A stretch of DNA of 64,000 nucleotides from Saprospiraceae bacterium (GTDB lineage: Bacteria; Bacteroidota; Bacteroidia; Chitinophagales; Saprospiraceae): NCBI GenBank assembly GCA_019187225.1, contig JABAQQ010000008.1:16601-80600 (forward strand). The letters are read 5' to 3'. The notes below the pieces were generated by a model that saw only the letters and a program-made list of their open reading frames with translations, did no database searches and had not been told where the DNA came from. The position numbers were made by a program, and so were the translations under genes. Numbering within the stretch: position 1 is the first letter of the stretch; the number at the start of each line of letters is the position of its first letter. Below are positions 45,273 through 54,330 of the stretch, piece by piece.

Positions 45273-48029
45273 TCAAAACCCTGTTTCGATCAGCGTCCGG
45301 TAGTCGTCCCAGCGCGCATCCTCCGTTTTCATTTCGAGCAGATCGAACAATTGACCTTCGTAGAGCGATTCCAGTTCCGGGGCCGTGCGGTCTGTGCGCA
45401 GTTCGACGATGCCGCGGCGCACCTGATCCATACGCCAGGCGAATGTTTTTTCCATTTTTTCAAAAATCGCAGCACAGGCGGCAGCATGGTCGTCGCCTCC
45501 CGTTCCCGCAACGATCGCTTCTTTGAAGGCTTTCGCATTGCGGGCGATCATTTTTCCCTCTTCTAAGATAAAATAAGCGGTGTGCGGCCACTGTCCTTCG
45601 GGGGGGAGCAAGCGGGCATAAAGAACAAGTTGCAGGTCTTCACCATTCTGAATCAATTCTTTGCGCCGTTTTGCTCCGCTCCATTTCAGGTCAACAATGG
45701 CCTGCTCGCCGTCCCGTTGTAATACGAGGTCGGCTTTGCCGCGCACAGGTATCCCGCCGAAATGGCCTTCCAGTTCCAATTCCGTATGCGCGACCGTCCA
45801 TCCGTTGGAACGCAGCAGCGACACTAAGTTCCAGGCGGCGTTTTTCACCCGGTTGAGGAAGGCGTTGCGCTCGGGTTCACGGCCATAAAGCAATAAGGTC
45901 GCGCCTTCACGGGGCAACAGATGCTCCGCTTCTGCGTCCACCCATTCCTGAATGGCACGACGGTCGAGACCCGACAGATCTTCTTTCAGCAATTTTTCAA
46001 AAAAACGGTGAGCGAGGCTGCCAAACAATGTGTTGTCGCCCGTGACGCTCAACAGACTGGACGGAAAAAGACGCAATTGTTGCCTGAAAAACCAGCGGTG
46101 CGGGTAGTAAAACAGACTCTCTAAGTTGGTCGGCGTTTCGTATTCGCTCTCATTCAGCAGTTCCGGGTGGGCGATATGCAGGTGCGGACGGGCGCGCCCG
46201 CTTGTAAGGACCGGGAGGGTTTCAGGGGCAGGGATACGGATAATTTTTTCCAGACGTACGCGGTCGTTTTCGTCATCGAGGCAAAATGTAAAATCCCTGT
46301 AGTTCGGCAATGTCGCTTCGATATCGCCCAACAGCAGGCTGGGGACGGCTTCCACGCCATTTATCAATTCCGGCACTGACAGGATAAGGCGATGGGTTAT
46401 TTGCAACACCAGCCTCGTTTGTAACAATTGTGTCAATTGGCTTTCGCTGCGCGGCGTACTCAACGCAAAACCCTGCTGTTCTAAAAATTGTCTTTCTTCC
46501 AATTGCCATTTGTCGGGAGAAGGTGCCGCATTATCATATAAACAATTCCACCAGACAAGGGTATCAGCGGGCACCGCCAGGGCGCCGCGATGGTGCACGA
46601 ACGCAAGGCTCCCTACTTCAGCCGGGGCAATTTGCACCGGCGACGGCTCGTAGATCGTGCGCACAATGCGTTCCAATTCGAGAAAGGTCAGCCGTTGTTC
46701 CGGCAGCGCCTCCAACAAGTCGCGGATGCGGCGGGCTTGTTCAGCCAGTACGAGCACGGAACTGTTCGTGCTGCCGCTTTCTTCGTAGTAATCGAGCGCC
46801 CATTCGTGCAGGTAGTTGTAAATGACAATGGCATCGCGTTTGGGGGCCGTGCCGCTGGCCGGGTAGCGGCGGCGACCGAACCAAAACTCGTACTGATCGC
46901 GGGCCACATCGGGCACTTCACCGCGTTCCAGATATCCGTACACGGCAGCAAACCAGGTATCGCTGAACAAACCCGGCTTTTCAGCCAATACCCGGGCAAT
47001 TTCAAGCGCCAGGCCTGTATCCAGCGGCTTCACCGGCAACGTAACAAACTCCATGATCTTGAACACATCCACCGGTTCCCACAGGAATACGGGAGCGAGT
47101 TTCAGCACCTGCAATGAAGGACGCGCCAGGGAAGCGGAAAGAATACCCATTGCCGGGAAACCCTCCAGCGCGAGCGCCCGTTCGAGGCTCAGGTTCATTT
47201 CAGGGATAAAAAAAACAGGTCGCAATGCCGGGTTCTCTCTCATCATCTGCGCCAGATCCGTGGCGGCATCGCTGTCGCGGCGGGAACGCAGGATGAGGAT
47301 GCTATCGTCATTGTGGTCATTACTGGAATTACTACAATGATAATGACCTGCTATTTTCCGTTGCAACTTTCCCAGGTTTGTGCTTTCGCTCGCCGCACAG
47401 GCGATTTCTATTTCCGAGACTTCGATATTTCTCTTTTTACAAATGACGATCCAGCGCCGGATATGCGGCAATTGCAAATATTCCGGTTCGTACAGCCATA
47501 TCTTTTCCAAAGGCGCATTTCGTTTTTCAAGCGCGTTCAATGCCTGGACAAAACGGTCGGCAAACCCGGAAGCAAGGGGGCTGATTTCAGGATCGGACAA
47601 TTTTTTTTGGAAAATAATTTCGACCGCCAGGAAGGTAGCAATGCGGGAAGGGAGTTCGCCGGAATGCGATAATTTTTCAACAAGCGTTTCTCCCACAGGG
47701 TTGGCGAGCAATAATTCGTCGCGCCAGGCAAGCAGCGCAGCAGCCGTAGCGAAGCGGTCGGCTGCGAATGATTTTTCATAAAAGGGATGGCTGCCAAACA
47801 ACGGTTGCTGGCCGGTTTCGGCGAGATGCTGCCCCAGCGACTGCCGGTATAGTTCAATGCGGAGGTAATCGGTATTTTCAGGATAACCGCTCAGTCCAAG
47901 TTGACTCTCCAGCCAGTGAAGCAGTTTTTTCGGACCGGCGTAAAATTCGCCTGCCCTTAAACCGGTGGAAGAGGCGTATACCGGTCCATCGAAGTCGTTG
48001 CCAAAATGTAGGACGAACATGGTGAGCAA
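45273..48029 (-). CDS. PD-(D/E)XK nuclease family protein, AddB-like
   Basis: 918 aa. C-terminal RecB-type nuclease motif GKADLVLQRDGEQAIVDLKWSG...LQLVLYA. No Walker A motif noticed. Confidence 0.65.
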   Translation of the reverse strand: MLTMFVLHFGNDFDGPVYASSTGLRAGEFYAGPKKLLHWLESQLGLSGYPENTDYLRIELYRQSLGQHLAETGQQPLFGSHPFYEKSFAADRFATAAALLAWRDELLLANPVGETLVEKLSHSGELPSRIATFLAVEIIFQKKLSDPEISPLASGFADRFVQALNALEKRNAPLEKIWLYEPEYLQLPHIRRWIVICKKRNIEVSEIEIACAASESTNLGKLQRKIAGHYHCSNSSNDHNDDSILILRSRRDSDAATDLAQMMRENPALRPVFFIPEMNLSLERALALEGFPAMGILSASLARPSLQVLKLAPVFLWEPVDVFKIMEFVTLPVKPLDTGLALEIARVLAEKPGLFSDTWFAAVYGYLERGEVPDVARDQYEFWFGRRRYPASGTAPKRDAIVIYNYLHEWALDYYEESGSTNSSVLVLAEQARRIRDLLEALPEQRLTFLELERIVRTIYEPSPVQIAPAEVGSLAFVHHRGALAVPADTLVWWNCLYDNAAPSPDKWQLEERQFLEQQGFALSTPRSESQLTQLLQTRLVLQITHRLILSVPELINGVEAVPSLLLGDIEATLPNYRDFTFCLDDENDRVRLEKIIRIPAPETLPVLTSGRARPHLHIAHPELLNESEYETPTNLESLFYYPHRWFFRQQLRLFPSSLLSVTGDNTLFGSLAHRFFEKLLKEDLSGLDRRAIQEWVDAEAEHLLPREGATLLLYGREPERNAFLNRVKNAAWNLVSLLRSNGWTVAHTELELEGHFGGIPVRGKADLVLQRDGEQAIVDLKWSGAKRRKELIQNGEDLQLVLYARLLPPEGQWPHTAYFILEEGKMIARNAKAFKEAIVAGTGGDDHAAACAAIFEKMEKTFAWRMDQVRRGIVELRTDRTAPELESLYEGQLFDLLEMKTEDARWDDYRTLIETGF

Positions 48030-48090
48030 ATGTAGGCGCTCCCGTCTTTTTCAATTAGTTTTGCCCCGATTTTTTAAAACAAATAATCAG

Positions 48091-48208
48091 ACATTGGACT
48101 TTTGACAATTGGACATTGGACTTTTGACAATTGGACATTGGACTTTTGACATTTGGACATTGGACTTTTGACATTTGGACATTGGACTTTTGACATTTGG
48201 ACATTGGA
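48091..48208. repeat. tandem 22-nt repeat (CATTGGACTTTTGACAWTTGGA) x5
   Basis: acattggacttttgacaattgg is repeated five times with A/T variation at one position. Confidence 0.9.
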
Positions 48209-48245
48209 AGTGTCTGTTTTTTTAACTGTAAGTACATTGACAATG

Positions 48246-48340
48246 GATTTTTGACATTGGACATTTGACCAAATGATTGGTTTTCAAGGTCAAACGTCCA
48301 AAGTCTAACGTCAATTTATTTTGTCCAATTACTTATATCT
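48246..48340. repeat. dispersed ~100-nt intergenic element, copy 2 (see 18309-18418)
   Basis: gatttttgacattggacatttgaccaaatgattggttttcaaggtcaaacgtccaaagtctaacgtcaatttattttgtccaattacttat. Confidence 0.8.
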
Positions 48341-48355
48341 CTTCTTTTTAACAAT

Positions 48356-48712
48356 ATGGAATCGAACGAAATCGCGAAAACGAGCGACATCACGCTCCGG
48401 GTTGGATTGAATGCAGAACAGGTACCCGTCAAAATCGAATGGGGCGCCAGCGACCGCAACAACGGCCAAATGGAAGAATGCAAAGCGATGGCCGTCGCCT
48501 TGTTCGACAAGGAGCACCGCGACACGCTGCGCATTGACCTGTGGACCAAAGAAATGCAGGTCGTCGAGATGGATCGTTTCGTTTATCAGATACTCCGGTC
48601 GTTGGGGCAGACTTACCTGCGGGCCACCCAAAACAAGGATTTAGCCGAGGATTTGGCAAAATTCGCGCATTATTTCGGCGAACAAACGGAGATCATTCCG
48701 AAACAATCCTGA
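48356..48712 (+). CDS. gldC: gliding motility protein GldC
   Basis: 118 aa with VPVKIEWGASD, CKAMAVALFDKEHRDTLRIDLWTKEMQVVEMDRFVYQ, which matches my recollection of the GldC pattern. Confidence 0.7.
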   Translation: MESNEIAKTSDITLRVGLNAEQVPVKIEWGASDRNNGQMEECKAMAVALFDKEHRDTLRIDLWTKEMQVVEMDRFVYQILRSLGQTYLRATQNKDLAEDLAKFAHYFGEQTEIIPKQS

Positions 48713-48731
48713 TAAAAATCGTTACTTTTGA

Positions 48732-48887
48732 TGGCTGATTGACCCTTATGAGGAAAAAGCCTATATCTATCGCGCCGGCAGGTCCGAACCTGAAATTGTG
48801 GAAGGTTTTTCCGGGAAAAATTTGTCGGGAGAAGACGTGCTGCCGGGTTTTGAACTGCCACTAGAGACGATGATGCGAAAGATGTGA
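48732..48887 (+). pseudogene. C-terminal fragment of a Uma2 (DUF820) family endonuclease gene
   Basis: Hand translation gives WLIDPYEEKAYIYRAGRSEPEIVEGFSGKNLSGEDVLPGFELPLETMMRKM-stop, preceded by an in-frame TGA. The (EY)WLIDP and VLPGF motifs are typical of the Uma2 C-terminal half. No N-terminal half is present. Confidence 0.55.
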
Positions 48888-48892
48888 GTACT

Positions 48893-50677
48893 TTACGCCA
48901 TCTCAAATTGCAGTCGCGCCAAACTCGAATAAACACCCTCTTCCAGGGCCGACAATTCCTCGTGCGTGCCCTGCTCCACAATACGGCCATTTTCCAGAAC
49001 ATAAATACAATCCACATCCCGGATCGTCGCCAGCCGGTGCGCGATGATGATGCTCGTGCGGCCTTCCATCAGGTTGTTGAGCGCTTCCTGCACCACTTTT
49101 TCCGATTCGGCATCGAGTGAAGAAGTCGCTTCGTCGAGCAAAAGAATGGAGGGGTTGCGCAAAATGGCGCGGGCGATAGCGATGCGTTGGCGCTGACCGC
49201 CGGATAGCTTGATGCCGCGCTCGCCGACGATGGTGTCCAATTTATCGGGGAACATCGAGATGAAATCCCAGGCATTGGCCTGGCGCGCGGCAGCGATGAT
49301 CTCGTCTTCCGTCGCTTCGGGTTTTCCGTACAGAATATTTTCCCGGATCGTGCCGCCGAACAGGATAACCTCCTGCGGCACAATAGCGAAGTTGCGACGG
49401 TACGATTCGAGGTCGTAATCGTAAATGTTTTTTCCATCCACGACAATGTCGCCCGAAGTCGGAAAATGAAATTGGAGTAGCAACTGCATGATGGTGGACT
49501 TGCCGGCGCCGCTCTGACCCACGAGCGCCACTTTTTGCCCGGCGGGTATTTCCAGACTCACCCCTTTCAGCACCTCCACATCAGGACGGGTGGGATAGGA
49601 AAAATGCGCGTTTTCAAAAGAAACATGCCCCCGCAAACGCCCCGCATTCGTGTTTCCACGGGGGCGCTCTTCCGTTTCGGCAGGCGATTTCAGGATTTCC
49701 CGGACGCGCTCGGTAGCGCCCACTGCGCCCACAAGTTCCGTATAAAAATTGCCCAGACTGGCGATGCTGCCACCGATCACCGCCGTATAAGTCACGAAAG
49801 CGATCAGGTCGCCCGCCGTGATCTGCCCCGTCTGCACCATGTGCATCCCGTATCCGATGACGAAAAATAAGGCTCCAAACAACATGGTGATGATAAACAC
49901 GGCGAATACCGCCCGGCCTTTTGCGTAACGCATCGAGACGTTCACGACCGAAGAATTGGAGCGGGAATAACGCCGGCTTTCAAAGAGTTCGTTCGTAAAT
50001 GCCTTTACGGCATGGATGCTTTGCAGGGTTTCGTCGAGAATGGTGTTGGTCTCGGCGAGTTTGTTCTGGCGCTCTTTGGACAATTTACGCACCCAACGAC
50101 CGAAAAACATCGCGCCGATGACGATGACCGGAAAAGTCGCCAGCATCACGAAGGCCAGACGGTGCGACATCCACCACAACACCGCAATACCGCCGACGAG
50201 GATGATGATCTGGCGCAAAAACTCGGCGAGGATGAAATAGAAGGTGTTGTACAGTTTCTCCACATCGTTGGTCAGGCGGCTGACCAACTCCCCTACCCTG
50301 CTTTTTTCAAAAAACACGATGGGCAGTGAAATGAGCCGCTTGTACAGCGCCACGCGGATATCGGCGGTGCCTTTTTCGCTGACCTGTGCAAACATCATGA
50401 CGCGCAGGTAGGACACAATTCCCTGAAAAACAAGGATCCCGATGAGCCAGAAACCGATGGTTTTCAAATCGAGGTCGGTCGTGACTTTGCCCTGCGCCAC
50501 ATCGAGCATTTGCCCGATGATCTTGGGAAAGATCAGAAAAACCGTGCTACCGAGGAACAGCAGGAACAACCCGAAAATGAACTGCCATTTATAGGGACGG
50601 ATGTATTCAAAAATCTTGACAGCCTCGCGCAGACTCTCGCGGCTGAGTTTGGGGCGGGTGGATTCGTTTTTCTCCAT
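48893..50677 (-). CDS. ABC transporter permease/ATP-binding fusion (MsbA-like exporter)
   Basis: Six-TM half, Walker A GQSGAGKST, signature LSGGQRQRIAIARA, Walker B ILLLDEATS. Confidence 0.9.
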   Translation of the reverse strand: MEKNESTRPKLSRESLREAVKIFEYIRPYKWQFIFGLFLLFLGSTVFLIFPKIIGQMLDVAQGKVTTDLDLKTIGFWLIGILVFQGIVSYLRVMMFAQVSEKGTADIRVALYKRLISLPIVFFEKSRVGELVSRLTNDVEKLYNTFYFILAEFLRQIIILVGGIAVLWWMSHRLAFVMLATFPVIVIGAMFFGRWVRKLSKERQNKLAETNTILDETLQSIHAVKAFTNELFESRRYSRSNSSVVNVSMRYAKGRAVFAVFIITMLFGALFFVIGYGMHMVQTGQITAGDLIAFVTYTAVIGGSIASLGNFYTELVGAVGATERVREILKSPAETEERPRGNTNAGRLRGHVSFENAHFSYPTRPDVEVLKGVSLEIPAGQKVALVGQSGAGKSTIMQLLLQFHFPTSGDIVVDGKNIYDYDLESYRRNFAIVPQEVILFGGTIRENILYGKPEATEDEIIAAARQANAWDFISMFPDKLDTIVGERGIKLSGGQRQRIAIARAILRNPSILLLDEATSSLDAESEKVVQEALNNLMEGRTSIIIAHRLATIRDVDCIYVLENGRIVEQGTHEELSALEEGVYSSLARLQFEMA

Positions 50678-50892
50678 GACGGCGCAAAATTCGGGAGCGA
50701 AACTGAGAATCGCAGGAAAAGTTGATAACGAGCAGAAAATTGACGGTTTTGTGAAGGTTTACCAAACCCCTTGCCGTTTTTCAAAAATTCGGGAACTTTG
50801 CCCGCCTTTTGCATGGCGGGCTTTCGCGTCCGTATGCAGCGCCATTGTTAAATCCAACCTTTTTGGCGGACCGGAAAGTCCGCACTACCGCA

Positions 50893-52287
50893 ATGAAAGA
50901 ACTGAAAAAGTATTTTGAAGCCAACAAAGACCGCTTTCTCGACGAACTGCTCGAACTGCTGCGCATTCCTTCCGTGAGCGCCGACCCGAAATACAAGGGC
51001 GACGTGCGCCGCATGGCCGAAGCCACCGCTCAGCACCTCCGCAATGTGGGCGCCGACTCGGTGGAAATCTGCGAAACCGACGGCCACCCCATCGTTTATG
51101 CCGAAAAAATGGTGAACCCGAAAGCGCCGACCGTGCTCGTGTACGGCCACTACGACGTGCAGCCGCCGGATCCGCTCGACCTTTGGGACAGCCCACCGTT
51201 CGAGCCGGTGGTGAAAAAAACGAAATTGCACCCGCAGGGCGCCATTTTCGCCCGCGGCGCCTGCGACGACAAAGGACAGTTTTTCATACACGTCAAGGCT
51301 TTTGAAATGATGCTGAAAAACAACGTATTGCCCTGCAATGTAAAGTTTATGATAGAAGGCGAGGAAGAAGTCGGCTCGAAGAACTTAGAGAAATTCTGCA
51401 AGGACAACAAAAAGAAACTCGCCTGCAATGTGGTGCTGATCTCCGACACCAGCGTCATCGCCAACGACACGCCCAGCCTCACCGTCGGGTTGCGCGGTCT
51501 GTGCTACATGGAAGTGGAAGTGACGGGGCCGAATAAAGACCTGCACTCCGGCGTCTACGGCGGCGCAGTGGCCAATCCGGTCAATGTACTGTGCCAAATG
51601 ATCGCTTCTTTGCACGATTCGAAGCGACATGTCACCGTCAAAGGTTTTTACGACGACGTGAAAAAAGTGAGCGCCAAGGAGCGCAAAATGATGAACGAAG
51701 CGCCCTACGATGAAAAACAATACATGAAAGACCTCGGCGTGAACGAACTGATGGGCGAAAAAGGCTACACCACCATCGAACGCACCGGCATCCGCCCGAC
51801 GCTGGATGTGAACGGTATCTGGGGCGGTTACACCGGCGAAGGCGCCAAAACGGTATTGCCCTCCAAGGCATTTGCCAAGATCTCCATGCGCCTCGTGCCC
51901 GACCAGGACCCGAAGAAAATCGAAAAATTATTCCAGAAACACTTCGAGAGCCTCGCGCCCAAGTCGGTCAAAGTCAGGGTTACGGCCCATCACGGCGGCT
52001 GGCCGGTGGTGGTGCCCACCAACTCGGTGGAGTACAAAGCCTCCGAAAAAGCGATGGAACTGGCTTATGGCAAAAAGCCCCTGCCCCAGCGCGGCGGCGG
52101 CAGCATCCCGATCGTAGCGATGTTCGACCAGGTACTCGGCGCCAAATCCGTGCTCATGGGCTTCGGCCTCGATTCGGACGACATTCACTCGCCCAACGAG
52201 CATTATGGCCTGTTCAACTACTACAAAGGCATCGAGACGATTCCGTATTTCTACAAGTTCTATTCGGAAATGAAGAAGAAAAAATAA
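50893..52287 (+). CDS. M20 family dipeptidase/metallo-hydrolase
   Basis: ELLRIPSVSADP, VLVYGHYDVQP, ARGACDDKGQ, MIEGEEEVGS, HSPNEH. Confidence 0.85.
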   Translation: MKELKKYFEANKDRFLDELLELLRIPSVSADPKYKGDVRRMAEATAQHLRNVGADSVEICETDGHPIVYAEKMVNPKAPTVLVYGHYDVQPPDPLDLWDSPPFEPVVKKTKLHPQGAIFARGACDDKGQFFIHVKAFEMMLKNNVLPCNVKFMIEGEEEVGSKNLEKFCKDNKKKLACNVVLISDTSVIANDTPSLTVGLRGLCYMEVEVTGPNKDLHSGVYGGAVANPVNVLCQMIASLHDSKRHVTVKGFYDDVKKVSAKERKMMNEAPYDEKQYMKDLGVNELMGEKGYTTIERTGIRPTLDVNGIWGGYTGEGAKTVLPSKAFAKISMRLVPDQDPKKIEKLFQKHFESLAPKSVKVRVTAHHGGWPVVVPTNSVEYKASEKAMELAYGKKPLPQRGGGSIPIVAMFDQVLGAKSVLMGFGLDSDDIHSPNEHYGLFNYYKGIETIPYFYKFYSEMKKKK

Positions 52288-52342
52288 CCCGAAACCCGTT
52301 AACCCGAAACCCGGAACTCGTTAACCCGAAACCCGTTAACCT
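52286..52342. repeat. short tandem repeat (AACCCGAAACCCGTT-type)
   Basis: aacccgaaacccgttaacccgaaacccggaactcgttaacccgaaacccgttaacc lies directly after the stop codon. Confidence 0.85.
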
Positions 52343-52389
52343 ATTTGTCTAACTCACTCAAATTCAACAACCGTATTACACATTCGATC

Positions 52390-53064
52390 ATGAAAAAAAC
52401 GCTTTTGCTGCTCTTCGTTGCGGCCATGACCACGGGGCTGTTCGCCCAATCCAAAGTGACGCTGACCAACGCCAAAGACAGCGCCAGTTACGCTTACGGC
52501 ATCGTTCTGGCCAACAGCATCAAACGCCAACTGAGCAGCGACCTCAGCCGCGACGTGCTCATTGCCGCGTTGAACGGCGCGCTAAAAGACGAAAACATGC
52601 TTTTCACGCCTGAAGCAGCCAATAAAATATTCAGCGATTACAACCGCGCCATGCAAGCGAAAGCGAGCGAAAGGATCCGCAAGGAAGGTCAGGAATTCCT
52701 GGAACAGAACAAAAAACGCAAGGAAGTGACCACCACTGCCAGCGGCCTGCAATACGAAGTGCTGAAACGCGGCACGGGCACGGAATCGCCCAAAGAGACC
52801 GACAAGGTGGAAGTGCACTACCACGGCACGCTCATCAACGGCGAAGTGTTCGACAGCAGCGTCGAACGCGGCCAGCCGGCCCAATTCGGCCTCAACCAGG
52901 TGATCAAAGGCTGGACCGAAGGCTTGCAATACATGAAAGAAGGCGACAAGTTCAAATTCTACCTTCCGGCAGACCTGGCCTACGGCGAGCGCAGCGCAGG
53001 CGCCAAGATCAAACCCGGCTCCACTTTGGTCTTCGAAGTGGAACTGTTGAAAATATTGAAATAA
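52390..53064 (+). CDS. FKBP-type peptidyl-prolyl cis-trans isomerase (Mip/FkpA-like)
   Basis: Signal peptide, helical N-domain, and an FKBP core: VEVHYHGTLINGEVFDSS, NQVIKGWTEGLQYMKEGDK, PGSTLVFEVELL. Confidence 0.9.
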   Translation: MKKTLLLLFVAAMTTGLFAQSKVTLTNAKDSASYAYGIVLANSIKRQLSSDLSRDVLIAALNGALKDENMLFTPEAANKIFSDYNRAMQAKASERIRKEGQEFLEQNKKRKEVTTTASGLQYEVLKRGTGTESPKETDKVEVHYHGTLINGEVFDSSVERGQPAQFGLNQVIKGWTEGLQYMKEGDKFKFYLPADLAYGERSAGAKIKPGSTLVFEVELLKILK

Positions 53065-53067
53065 AAC

Positions 53068-53139
53068 CAGTTTGCAGTGGGCAGTGGCAGTTTGCAGTGG
53101 CAGTGGCAGTGGCAGTGGGCAGTTTGCAGTGGGCAGTAG
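53068..53139. repeat. hexamer/heptamer microsatellite (GCAGTG, GGGCAGT, TTTGCAGTG), G/T-rich arm
   Basis: Starts 4 nt after the FKBP stop. Confidence 0.95.
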
Positions 53140-53171
53140 TCAACGTGCAGCAACAATACATGAAGCGAGCT

Positions 53172-53308
53172 AACTGCCCGCTGCCCAGTGCAAACTGCCC
53201 ACTGCCACTGCAAACTGCCACTGCCCACTGCCACTGCCCACTGCCCACTGCCCACTGCCACTGCCCACTGCCCACTGCCACTGCAAATTGCCACTGCAAA
53301 CTGCTACT
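53172..53308. repeat. same family in reverse-complement orientation (CCACTG/CCCACTG/CAAACTG)
   Basis: Ends exactly at the ATG at 53309. Confidence 0.95.
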
Positions 53309-53956
53309 ATGAACAACCTCCACTACCGGGCCATCATAATGGTGTTGATCTATGTCGTTCTGCGTTTTTTCGGCGGGTCGTTCGGCAACTTCGTGTTGTA
53401 TCCGGTGACGTTACTGGTCACCTTTTTACACGAATTCGGCCACGCGCTGGGGGCGATCCTGACCGGCGGCGCCGTAAGCGGCATGCAGATCAATCCCGAC
53501 GGCAGCGGCTACACCGTTACGCAGGGCGGCAGCCCGGGGGTGGTGCTCATGGGCGGCTACCTCGGCAGCGCACTGCTGGGCAACATCCTGTTCCGCATCG
53601 GCGCCCGGCACCCTTCGTTTACCCGGGTGACGCTCCTGACCTTGTCGTGCCTCATGGTACTGGCTGGCGTGGTGTGGTTCGAGTCGTTCGGCAGCACTGC
53701 CCTCCTGCTGGGATTTGCCGCTTTGTTGTTCGTCGTCGCGTGCAATACCGATTGGGGTCAGGACGTGCTGATGTTCCTCGGCCTCGCTGCCGTGCTCTAC
53801 ATCATTCAGGATTTCAACGTGGGGCCGCAAAGCGACCTGGCGATGTACGAACAGGAAGTCGGGGTTTTCCCTTCACACGTATGGATGTATGTGTGGTTGG
53901 GTGTCGCAGGGGCGTTGTTTTATCTGAATATCAGGGAGATTTTCGGTAGACGGTAG
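53309..53956 (+). CDS. M50-like membrane metallopeptidase
   Basis: HExxH in a TM helix (TFLHEFGHALGAILTGG). Five or six TM segments. Confidence 0.7.
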   Translation: MNNLHYRAIIMVLIYVVLRFFGGSFGNFVLYPVTLLVTFLHEFGHALGAILTGGAVSGMQINPDGSGYTVTQGGSPGVVLMGGYLGSALLGNILFRIGARHPSFTRVTLLTLSCLMVLAGVVWFESFGSTALLLGFAALLFVVACNTDWGQDVLMFLGLAAVLYIIQDFNVGPQSDLAMYEQEVGVFPSHVWMYVWLGVAGALFYLNIREIFGRR

Positions 53957-53987
53957 ACGGTGGACGGTGGACGGTGGACGGTGGACG
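53945..53987. repeat. heptamer microsatellite (GGTAGAC/GGTGGAC) x6, G-rich arm
   Basis: It overlaps the last codons and the TAG of the M50-like gene. Confidence 0.95.
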
Positions 53988-54097
53988 AAATTTGAGCAAG
54001 AAAACTTATCTGATTGTCTGTCAATAATTTTTTTCAAAAATTGCATTTTTAACCTTCAGGAAACGCCAGACTAATTAACGCGAGCCCTACCCACCGT

Positions 54098-54210
54098 AGG
54101 AACAATGGGAACGCAGATGACGCGGATCAGGCGGATTTTCACAGATTTTCATCTGCTCGCAATCCGTTTTCATCCGCCCAATTCGCGTCATCTGCGTTCC
54201 CATTGTTCCT
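54098..54210. mobile_element. MITE-like palindromic element, family 1 (GATGACGCGGATCAGGCGGATTTTCACAGAT core), copy 1
   Basis: Arms aggaacaatgggaacgcagatgacgcg and cgcgtcatctgcgttcccattgttcct. The core is shared with 56371-56467. No coding capacity. Confidence 0.7.
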
Positions 54211-54259
54211 GCGAAAGGCAAGTCACAACCTGCATTGATTAAATTGGATTGGATGTGAT

Positions 54260-54330
54260 CTACCGTCCACCGTCCACCGTCCACCGTCTACCGTCCACCG
54301 TCCACCGTCCACCGTCCACCGTCCACCGTC
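54260..54330. repeat. heptamer microsatellite (GTCCACC/GTCTACC) x10, C-rich arm
   Basis: Ends exactly at the ATG at 54331. Confidence 0.95.

Noticed and set aside
54087-54284. 65-aa ORF, and 56191-56466 (91 aa), with MTRIGRM/MTRIRRI peptides.
   Set aside because: These are translations of the family-1 palindromic element. Equivalent peptides appear on both strands, as expected for a palindrome.
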